From Oligoflexales bacterium (GTDB lineage: Bacteria; Bdellovibrionota_B; Oligoflexia; Oligoflexales; Bog-1112), in the NCBI GenBank assembly GCA_045106415.1, contig JBGCEP010000069.1:1-14920 (forward strand): a stretch of 14,920 bases of DNA. The letters are read 5' to 3'. This document shows, one piece after another, positions 8,073 to 14,920 of the stretch. The position numbers were made by a program, and so were the translations under genes. Position 1 is the stretch's first letter, and the number at the start of each line of letters is the position of its first letter. Under the pieces are notes generated by a model that was given only the letters and a program-made list of their open reading frames with translations, was not told where the DNA came from and made no database searches.

Positions 8073-10310
8073 TTAATCTATACTAATTCTTTTCTTATAT
8101 TGTATGAGAGCCTGCAAACATCGAATAGAAGATTCTTTTGTGTAGTGAAATTTATTATGAAAATCTTTCATAATTTGAGAGACTTTCTCTTGGGCGTTGT
8201 CATCAATTTTTTCTCCAGCTCCCCAAGCAAGGATTGAAGAAAAAAGGTCTTCAACAATAGTACTTCGGTCAGCGTAGAATTTAGCTCGTATTTTAATGAG
8301 AACGTCTTCAAAAATAATAGGTAGATGAATATCAGTATCTGGATGATCGAGTTTATGTGCTGCAATGCGATTTAAAATATTGTTGCGATGTTCATTTTTT
8401 TGATCATTTGGGATTTCAAGAAGTGATTCAACGTGACTCACGATATCTTCAGATGGCTGTTGATAAGAAGCTGTGATATCGTCCCAAATTCTTTCTTTAC
8501 GGATAATAGCAACAACATTCGTAATATAACGATCTAGCAAATTAGTATATTCATTGTCACCAGCAAGTCCCATTGCCGAAATGAACTCGTCTTCAAATTT
8601 TTTAAAAAAAACATCTTGTATTTGAGAGAGGAAAAAATGGACATCATGATATTTTCCTCTTGGTTCAAACTGTAAAAATTCAAAGACAGTACGATCTTTA
8701 ATGAGTTTTTCCAGCTCATTAAAAATATCAAGAGGAGTTAAATCACTGTTGTGAGATTTTTGTGCAGCTTGGTGTAAAATTGTCTTGATTTCACGTGGGG
8801 AGGCTCCGAAACGACCTTCGTAAATGAGCATGTGCTGAGATTCAGACCATAATTGTTTTCTATACTCAGTAAGAATTGATTTTTCATCCGAAGTAAAATG
8901 ATCAGGAAGGCGTTTGCCTTGATAAAGAAGAATTTTACTGTAAGGGTCAAGCTTACTTAATGTTTGTCTTATTTCCTTTGGGTATAAATCTAATTCAGGC
9001 TGCTTGATGCGGGTCATGACAGACCACAGGCACAAAAGCTCTAAAGTGTGTGGGGTAATTTTTTGCGATCGTTCAATATTAAGAATGTCTTGTGAGTAGA
9101 TATTCTCTTCTTTTTCAGGATCAAGCAAGTAAGGGACGGTGATGAGTTCAAATCGTCCTTTAAAAGAAGCGAAGTCAGGAGATGTTTTAAATGCATCTAA
9201 ATGCTTTTCATTTGTTGTTGCCATTAAAACACTATCCATGTGCATACTGCCAGAAGGAAAATTTATAACGCCTCTTTCAATTGTTGATAAAAGATACTTA
9301 AAAGCTTCGATAGGTCTTTTGAGAAGGTCGGAGTATTCTAGGATGCCTCGATTGGCTTCGACAAGCTCTCCTGCGCAGAGTCTAAAATTTATTGTTTGAA
9401 GTGCGGCTGGGAGATTTGAATAATTTCTATCGATAGTAATTTGTTTTTCCACAGCATCGATCGACATCTGTGGTGAAATAGTGGAAATACCTATGCGATA
9501 CTGTCTAGAAAAATAGAATCTCTCAACTTGAATGTGATTGAGAACTTTAGATAGAGACCCATCATATGTAGCGAGTAGAGTATCGAATATTTCTTGGTTT
9601 TGTTTGGAAAGACCGTGAAGAGTGATGTGGCGAGGAATGTGGTCATGGTCATTTTGAACTTCAAGCCAATCTTTCAGTAGCTTTGAGCGCATTTTTGGCG
9701 GCAGTAAAAAAAGAGGGTTCTCTTTAAATTCAGAAGTGATTTTTGCAGCTATTTTGCTTTGATCGAGCTTAGCAAATGAATCGTGATTTTTGAGGCTATC
9801 TTCTTGTCCAAACCCAATTCGACTGCCGCCTTTTGTGGAAGCTTCTAGAGCTGATCCTCGTTCAGTAGGAAAAATCCAATTAAAACGATAGACAGCACCA
9901 TCGTGTGTTTGACTATAACGGCTAAGGGCTTCTGATATTGATTCAACGGTCGATGTTTTGGCTGAACCATTAGGGCCATGAAGAACAATAAGGCGAGACG
10001 TTGCGCCTTCTTGAGAAAATCTCTTCAAAATATTGTGAACAAAGTGCTGTGTGCTTTCGCCGCCAATAATAGGGCCGGATCGTTCTGATCCAACATCAAA
10101 AATATGATAACGAGGAATGTCTTCAAGGTGTTCATCGCTGTTTTTTTGTTTCCCATAATGTTCGAACATTTGAAGAGTGTATTGAGCGGAGCTTCGGATA
10201 TGCATCCTGGGTTGTTTTTGAACAAGACTCAAAAACTCTGCAAATGTAAAAATAGATTCATGAGAGTGGTGCTTATACTCTTGATCTAGCTGATTGAGAA
10301 TGTTGTTCAT
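8073..10310 (-). CDS. prkA: PrkA/YeaG-family serine protein kinase (AAA+ ATPase)
   Basis: Walker A variant LHGPNGSAKTS, plus GELVEANRGILEYSDLLKRP, TTNEKHLDAFK, VPYLL and YEGRFGASPRE. SD GGGAG lies upstream. Confidence 0.9.
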   Translation of the reverse strand: MNNILNQLDQEYKHHSHESIFTFAEFLSLVQKQPRMHIRSSAQYTLQMFEHYGKQKNSDEHLEDIPRYHIFDVGSERSGPIIGGESTQHFVHNILKRFSQEGATSRLIVLHGPNGSAKTSTVESISEALSRYSQTHDGAVYRFNWIFPTERGSALEASTKGGSRIGFGQEDSLKNHDSFAKLDQSKIAAKITSEFKENPLFLLPPKMRSKLLKDWLEVQNDHDHIPRHITLHGLSKQNQEIFDTLLATYDGSLSKVLNHIQVERFYFSRQYRIGISTISPQMSIDAVEKQITIDRNYSNLPAALQTINFRLCAGELVEANRGILEYSDLLKRPIEAFKYLLSTIERGVINFPSGSMHMDSVLMATTNEKHLDAFKTSPDFASFKGRFELITVPYLLDPEKEENIYSQDILNIERSQKITPHTLELLCLWSVMTRIKQPELDLYPKEIRQTLSKLDPYSKILLYQGKRLPDHFTSDEKSILTEYRKQLWSESQHMLIYEGRFGASPREIKTILHQAAQKSHNSDLTPLDIFNELEKLIKDRTVFEFLQFEPRGKYHDVHFFLSQIQDVFFKKFEDEFISAMGLAGDNEYTNLLDRYITNVVAIIRKERIWDDITASYQQPSEDIVSHVESLLEIPNDQKNEHRNNILNRIAAHKLDHPDTDIHLPIIFEDVLIKIRAKFYADRSTIVEDLFSSILAWGAGEKIDDNAQEKVSQIMKDFHNKFHYTKESSIRCLQALIQYKKRISID

Positions 10311-10322
10311 ATGGCTCCCGTG

Positions 10323-10390
10323 AGCGGCGAAGAGATCTGCTTGGGTGTGGGTATAAAGTCACACTATGGATTCTAGCGGAGAAGAGATCT
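10323..10390. repeat. 16-bp direct repeat in the divergent prkA/phoH intergenic region
   Basis: AGCGGCGAAGAGATCT (10323-10338) and AGCGGAGAAGAGATCT (10375-10390) are 15/16 identical with a 52-bp offset. Confidence 0.7.
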
Positions 10391-10558
10391 TGGTAAATCT
10401 GAAAATTCTACCTATTGGAGCTATTTGGCTGCGCTGAAGTTGAGAAAGAGAGCTTGAGTAAAAACAATATTTTGTAATTGGTGCCTGAGACTGGGCAAAG
10501 AGCTCCAAGCAATGCTATGTTAAGTTTAGTTTTCAATAACTTAGATTGGAGCGTGGCG

Positions 10559-11884
10559 ATGAAGAAAATCTTCATTCTTGATACCAATATTCTATTAAGT
10601 GATCCTGCAAGTGTCTTTAAATTTGAAGATAATGATGTTGTGATTCCTATTTCTGTGATCGAAGAAATCGACCGTTTTAAGAAAAATCAAAGTGAAAAAG
10701 GTCGTAATGCACGAGAAGTATCAAGAATTTTAGATCGACTGCGTAAAAAAGGGAGCCTAACAACAGGTGTTCCCCTAGATGACGCGGGTGAGTCAGGAGT
10801 GCTCACTGTCCACCTTGGTCAAAATAAAGATATTTTGCCAGAGCTTTTGGAAGACTCCACTGATAATAATATTCTTGCTGTTGCACTTGAACTTCAAAAA
10901 GAAGCTCAAGGTCGTCAAAGCGTGCAAGTTATTAGTAAAGACACCAATCTTCGTATTAAATCCGATGCCTTTGGGCTAGAGGCAGCAGACTTTGAGGCTG
11001 ATAAGGTTGATATTTCTCATCTTTTTCAAGGGTACCGTAAGGTGGGAGTAGATTCAGAGGTTCTTGATTCATTTGAAATGAATCAAGAAGTTTCCCTTGA
11101 AGATATGGGAGTTCCAAATGAGTTCTTCATTATGGAAGATAATGAAGATACGAGCCGTGTTTGCTATGGTCGTAATGACTCAGATTTGGGGCGCATCGTT
11201 CCTTTGGAGGATGCTTCTGAAGGAGTGTGGGGTGTTTTTCCTCGTAATGAAGAGCAAAGTCTTGGGCTTGCGGCCTTGGTTGATGACTCCATTAAGCTTG
11301 TGACTCTGTCTGGAGGGGCAGGTACCGGAAAAACACTGCTAGCTATTGCTGCAGGTCTTTCAAAAACAACAGACGAAGAGCAATATCAAAAACTACTTGT
11401 TGCGCGACCTATTTTTGCTATGGGCCAAGATATGGGTTTTCTGCCCGGGGATTTGGAAGAAAAATTAAACCCATGGATGCAGCCTATTTACGATAGCCTC
11501 GACTTTCTTCTTTCTGGAGGAGCTCCAGGGCGACAAAAGCGATTGAGCAATAGCTATCAAGAACTGATTAATCAAGGCTTGTTAGCGATCGAACCTTTGA
11601 CGTATATCCGTGGTCGTTCTTTACCATCGTCTTTTTTCGTTGTAGATGAAGCGCAAAACTTGACACCACATGAAGTGAAAACAATTTTAACTCGAGCAGG
11701 GGATGGTACAAAAATTATTTTAACAGGCGATCCTTATCAAATTGATAACCCCTATATCGACTCTACAAACAACGGCCTTACATATGTGATCGAGCGGTTT
11801 CAAAATTCAAAAATTGCAGCTCATGTGAGTTTAAAACATGGTGAAAGAAGTGAGCTGGCTTCTCTTGCTGCACAGCTTCTCTAG
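10559..11884 (+). CDS. PhoH family protein with N-terminal PIN domain (PhoH2/YlaK type, COG1875)
   Basis: PIN motifs FILDTNILL, VIEEIDRFKK, DNNIL and SKDTNLRIK. Walker A GGAGTGKT, GFLPGDLEEK, YIRGRS, Walker B VVDEAQN and GDPYQID. The start was moved to ATG 10559 (SD GGAG). Confidence 0.95.
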   Translation: MKKIFILDTNILLSDPASVFKFEDNDVVIPISVIEEIDRFKKNQSEKGRNAREVSRILDRLRKKGSLTTGVPLDDAGESGVLTVHLGQNKDILPELLEDSTDNNILAVALELQKEAQGRQSVQVISKDTNLRIKSDAFGLEAADFEADKVDISHLFQGYRKVGVDSEVLDSFEMNQEVSLEDMGVPNEFFIMEDNEDTSRVCYGRNDSDLGRIVPLEDASEGVWGVFPRNEEQSLGLAALVDDSIKLVTLSGGAGTGKTLLAIAAGLSKTTDEEQYQKLLVARPIFAMGQDMGFLPGDLEEKLNPWMQPIYDSLDFLLSGGAPGRQKRLSNSYQELINQGLLAIEPLTYIRGRSLPSSFFVVDEAQNLTPHEVKTILTRAGDGTKIILTGDPYQIDNPYIDSTNNGLTYVIERFQNSKIAAHVSLKHGERSELASLAAQLL

Positions 11885-12080
11885 AAAATTTTACTGATAG
11901 CTGTTGGTGTGACAGCTTGACTTCACACTGTTTTCTAGATGAAAATTGGATGATTCTTGTCTGTTTCATTCAAAAAGTGAACAAAGGCTTGGCAGAGCTC
12001 TTTTCTTCAGTTATGAATGTATGTCTGATTCGGCTTTGTGGTAGTCGTTTCCATTATAAAGTCACCAAAGAGGGTAGTCG

Positions 12081-12572
12081 TTGGAGATTGTCGATAGAGC
12101 TCGAGCTCAGCAGCTCGACAAAGTGCGCCTTGTAGGCGAAAGTCAAAATGAAATTATTCAAATTCAAGATGCGATGTCACGCGCGCGTGATATGGGTCTT
12201 GACCTTGTTCTTATTAGCGCAGATGTAAAGCCTCCAGTTGTTCGCATCCAAGATCTGAAAAAAGTTGAATATGAGCGTAAAAAGGCTCGTAAAATTGGAC
12301 GTCATGTTTCAACTATGAAAGAAATTCAGTTCAAAGTGAATATCTCTGATCATGATTTATCTACTAAGATTTCTAGAATTGAAAAATTTCTAGAGCGTGG
12401 TGATAAAGTGAAGGTTCTTGTTCGCTTGAAGGGTCGAGAACGTGAAAATCCAGATCGTGCGGTAGCACTTGTGGAAAAAGTAGCTGAGAGTGTTGAATGT
12501 AAAATGTCTAGAGTTGCAGGTCACATGGTGACAGCGATTCTTGAGCCAGTAAAAGCGGCTGTAAAAAGTTAG
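12081..12572 (+). CDS. infC: Translation initiation factor IF-3
   Basis: Motifs VRLVG, GLDLVLIS, PPVVRI, KEIQF, ISDHDL and FLERGDKVKV..LKGRE. Non-ATG start (TTG 12081; in-frame ATT at 12087) with SD GAGGG at 12070-12074. Confidence 0.95.
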   Translation: MEIVDRARAQQLDKVRLVGESQNEIIQIQDAMSRARDMGLDLVLISADVKPPVVRIQDLKKVEYERKKARKIGRHVSTMKEIQFKVNISDHDLSTKISRIEKFLERGDKVKVLVRLKGRERENPDRAVALVEKVAESVECKMSRVAGHMVTAILEPVKAAVKS

Positions 12573-12594
12573 CTTAAAATTTTTAGATTTTGAT

Positions 12595-12644
12595 GGTCGT
12601 TTCTTTGTGGTTTTTATACCCGCGAAGAGACGATCTTTTTTTTT
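12595..12644 (+). terminator. Rho-independent terminator of infC
   Basis: 16-bp stem GGTCGTTTCTTTGTGG / CCGCGAAGAGACGATC with 4 G-U pairs, which form only on the + transcript. 9-nt loop, followed by 9 T. Confidence 0.85.
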
Positions 12645-12657
12645 GTTGCTTAAAAAT

Positions 12658-12686
12658 TTGACCACAATTCTCTTTTCGTTTTTAAT
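12658..12686 (+). promoter_or_regulatory. Putative sigma-70 promoter for the XRE/IrrE-like gene
   Basis: TTGACC-N17-TTTAAT immediately after the infC terminator. Confidence 0.45.
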
Positions 12687-12772
12687 AGACGGGAACATTT
12701 TCTATGTAGTGTCATGAAGTTGTTCGTTTCCAGTGCAAAATATCATTGTTTCAGAGTATGACGGGAGATGCT

Positions 12773-13657
12773 ATGGACGTGGGTCAAGTTGGGGAAAACC
12801 GCTATCAGAATTCAGCTGCTTTGTTTCGGTTTTGTAAGGAAGCCCTCGAGTCACGTCACCAGGGGCAGGTCAAGGTCATAGATCAAGATGTCGGTGCTAT
12901 TTTAGGCTATGACCCCGCCGACTGTAGTCATTGGAAGCGTGGGAAAAAGAATATAAAAAGCTTACCGACTCTGCGTAGTATTGCGAATCACCTTAAAATT
13001 GATGAAAAAATTCTTATTGATTTGACTGCAGGGCGTGTAGAACTGGAAGAAGCTTTATTTGAGTATCAAGGCTACGGTGCTTTTGCATTAAATCCTCACA
13101 GGTATGATCAATTGAAGCAAGATTTTTTTAGATCACCAGAAAAATGGCCGCATAGTGAAGCTGTGACTTGTGAGCAATTACTTGATGTGAATCGGCCTGA
13201 GATTTTAAGCATCATTGAAAAAATCTTATCTTCAGCCAATTGTACAGAGGCCCCAGTGTATATTCCTGAGGTTTATAAAATTTTTCAATCTATCGAGTTG
13301 CACTTTGTTGGTGAGCAGGTTGACCCTATTTTGATCGAAAATAATGTTGTGAGTTGTCGCTCAGGAGTTGAAGATAAAGCTTACGGGCGTTTCTTACTAG
13401 CGAAGAAACTGTTCTATGTGTTAAGAGAAATCGATCATGCTTATCTAAAAAATCTTATAAAAACGTCTCGTGAAATTTTTGATATTCAAGCGAATATCTT
13501 TGCTACAAATCTTTTAGTACCAGGAAAGCTTTTAAGGACTGAAGCTGAGCGAGTGCTTTTGGATCAGGACGTAGTACAGCAATTGGCTGAAGTTTTTTGG
13601 GTTTCTAAGGGCTTGATGAATCGACGTTTTCGAGATTATATGGAGCACCTCTCATAA
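12773..13657 (+). CDS. XRE-type HTH regulator fused to an ImmA/IrrE (DUF955)-like domain lacking HExxH
   Basis: HTH-like segment DQDVGAILGYDPADCSHWKRGKK..PTLRSIANHL. The C-terminus has RFLLAKKLFY, QANIFATNLLVP and LAEVFWVS..MNRR, matching the DUF955 layout. Start is ATG 12773 with SD GGGAG. Confidence 0.8.
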   Translation: MDVGQVGENRYQNSAALFRFCKEALESRHQGQVKVIDQDVGAILGYDPADCSHWKRGKKNIKSLPTLRSIANHLKIDEKILIDLTAGRVELEEALFEYQGYGAFALNPHRYDQLKQDFFRSPEKWPHSEAVTCEQLLDVNRPEILSIIEKILSSANCTEAPVYIPEVYKIFQSIELHFVGEQVDPILIENNVVSCRSGVEDKAYGRFLLAKKLFYVLREIDHAYLKNLIKTSREIFDIQANIFATNLLVPGKLLRTEAERVLLDQDVVQQLAEVFWVSKGLMNRRFRDYMEHLS

Positions 13658-13672
13658 GAGAGGCGTTTTTTT
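13648..13672 (+). terminator. Putative intrinsic terminator overlapping the stop codon
   Basis: CCTCTC-ATAA-GAGAGG hairpin with the TAA stop in the loop, followed by CG and 7 T. Confidence 0.55.
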
Positions 13673-13774
13673 GAAATCCTTTTTTAAATTGTTGTTATGA
13701 TGATAATTTCTCAAACTCTCTAAGCATAATTCAAAACAATAGACTTTAATAACATCATGTTATGATCTTGAGTT

Positions 13775-13801
13775 GTAACATTTTACTTTTCGTGCCGATC
13801 T
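13775..13801 (+). promoter_or_regulatory. Possible sigma-28 promoter upstream of the Fe-S gene
   Basis: GCCGATCT at 13794-13801 with GTAACATT at 13775-13782 (N11 spacing). The -35 match is weak. Confidence 0.35.
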
Positions 13802-13833
13802 CTATAAAAAACCCGTGTTTTTATGAGGCGCGT

Positions 13834-14877
13834 ATGAGTAAACCGTTTCGTTTGCGAAATCAATCTTTGTTGGTGGTGGCTGAAGCCCCGGGTGGTCTTT
13901 ATAATTCGAGCCAACTGCAGCTGATTGCATCTCTTGCGGATGGTGATACAGCTATGGTGAAGGTGACAGAGGATCAAAGAATAGGGTTGTTTGTTACAGA
14001 AGAACACTTGCCTCATACTCAGCGAAAATTAGAATCCGTGGGTTTAGGGTTACGACATTACCAAGATGGTCATGCTCAACCCGTGTCTTGTATTGGTGAA
14101 ATGTGCCCAGAGCATCAACAAGATGCTTTAGGGGCATCGATGGATATTGCAGAACAATTGAGTGATTTATCTGCTGATTGTAGTCTTGCTGTTGGTGTTA
14201 ACGGATGTGCAAACTGTTGTGTTCCGTGCCACACAATGGATGTGTCCATTGTCGGAGACGAGGCTGGGTATAAAATACGTATTGGCGGTCGTTCACATGA
14301 GCTTCCTGAGCTTGGCCAGTTTTTAGCTGAAGGGATTCCTGAAGCAGAAATATCTATGAAAGTCCGTTCGATTGTAGAGCTTTTTAATAAGCACCGTGAA
14401 GAAGAGGAAACGTTTCAGGAAGTTCTTGAGCGTATGGGAACGGGGCCTTGGGTGAAAGCTTTAGAGCCTTATAGCCAAGATGCAGCGGGCTCAGATGACC
14501 TCTTGGGGTTATCGCTACCTTCTGAAAATGAAGCGAGTGATTCTGAAGATAATGTAAATTTAGATAACAACGTTGACCATGATTCTGTGCCGGAGGGGAA
14601 TGAGGTGTTGGGTGATTTAGATGAAGAAATCTCATTAGATGGTGGTTTAGATGGCTTAGATGAAGACTTTGGTGAAGAAGAAGTCTCAGCTGCAGGTGGT
14701 GGCGAGATATCTGACGACTTAGGTGAAGACTTTGGTGAAGAAGAAGTCTCAGCTGCAGGAGGTGGCGAGATATCCGACGACTCAGGTGAAGACTTTGGTG
14801 AAGAAGAAGTCCCAGCTGCAGGTGGTGGCGAGATATCCGGCAAGTTAGGTGAGGACTATGGTGAAGAAGAAGTCTGA
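13834..14877 (+). CDS. Single-module nitrite/sulfite reductase-like (NIR_SIR ferredoxin half-domain plus 4Fe-4S domain) protein with acidic repeat tail
   Basis: Motifs APGG..SSQLQLIA, KVTEDQRI, SCIGEMC, GVNGCANCC, DVSIVG, YKIRIGGR and ETFQEVLERMG. Start is ATG 13834 with SD GAGG. The tail is D/E/G-rich. Confidence 0.8.
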   Translation: MSKPFRLRNQSLLVVAEAPGGLYNSSQLQLIASLADGDTAMVKVTEDQRIGLFVTEEHLPHTQRKLESVGLGLRHYQDGHAQPVSCIGEMCPEHQQDALGASMDIAEQLSDLSADCSLAVGVNGCANCCVPCHTMDVSIVGDEAGYKIRIGGRSHELPELGQFLAEGIPEAEISMKVRSIVELFNKHREEEETFQEVLERMGTGPWVKALEPYSQDAAGSDDLLGLSLPSENEASDSEDNVNLDNNVDHDSVPEGNEVLGDLDEEISLDGGLDGLDEDFGEEEVSAAGGGEISDDLGEDFGEEEVSAAGGGEISDDSGEDFGEEEVPAAGGGEISGKLGEDYGEEEV

Positions 14878-14900
14878 GGTGCAGGTGGTGGCGAGATATA
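14662..14900 (+). repeat. 63-bp coding tandem repeat (about 3.8 copies) encoding EDFGEEEVSAAGGGEISDDLG
   Basis: Units start at 14662, 14725, 14788 and 14851. The fourth copy is more diverged and contains a TGA. Confidence 0.95.
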
Positions 14901-14920
14901 CGAAGAAGTGGAGGCAGACG

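Noticed and set aside
10478..10558. N-terminal extensions given by the ORF track (also 2587-2646, 12746-12772, 13762-13833)
   Set aside because: Downstream ATGs have clear SD sequences and coincide with domain starts.
14469..14843. Minus-strand Ser/Pro-rich 124-aa ORF
   Set aside because: It is the antisense reading of the acidic repeat within the + strand CDS.
14875..14877. TGA as selenocysteine or an alternative genetic code
   Set aside because: It lies in a low-complexity tail at a Ser/Pro position. TGA serves as a normal stop at 586-588 and 7454-7456.
14662..14900. Repeats as a CRISPR array (also 1-270)
   Set aside because: These are contiguous tandem units in multiples of 3 with no unique spacers and no cas genes.

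Overview
AT-rich bacterial chromosomal segment. Gene content suggests a Bdellovibrionota/Oligoflexia-like or related deltaproteobacterial organism (inference). It has 10 CDS, and both window ends lie in coding tandem repeats. Left to right: (1) a Lys-rich histone H1/Hc2-like protein on the minus strand, missed by the ORF track, behind a close sigma-28 (FliA) promoter match; (2) a coiled-coil YhaN/SMC-like protein with apparently lost ATPase motifs, divergent from (3) a SAMHD1/dGTPase-like HD hydrolase; (4) an exported protein with a PlsC-like acyltransferase domain, divergent from (5) a lipoprotein with Ulp1/CE-clan cysteine-protease motifs and a C-terminal TM helix; a 616-bp stretch without long ORFs, possibly a decayed SDR gene; (6) a PrkA/YeaG AAA+ kinase; (7) a PIN-PhoH protein; (8) a stand-alone infC with its own terminator; (9) an XRE-HTH plus IrrE/ImmA-like regulator lacking HExxH; (10) a single-module nitrite/sulfite-reductase-like Fe-S protein with an acidic 63-bp repeat tail. 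No rRNA, tRNA, CRISPR or mobile element was seen. The best novelty candidates are the membrane-anchored CE-clan protease/acyltransferase islet and the sigma-28-linked histone-like protein.
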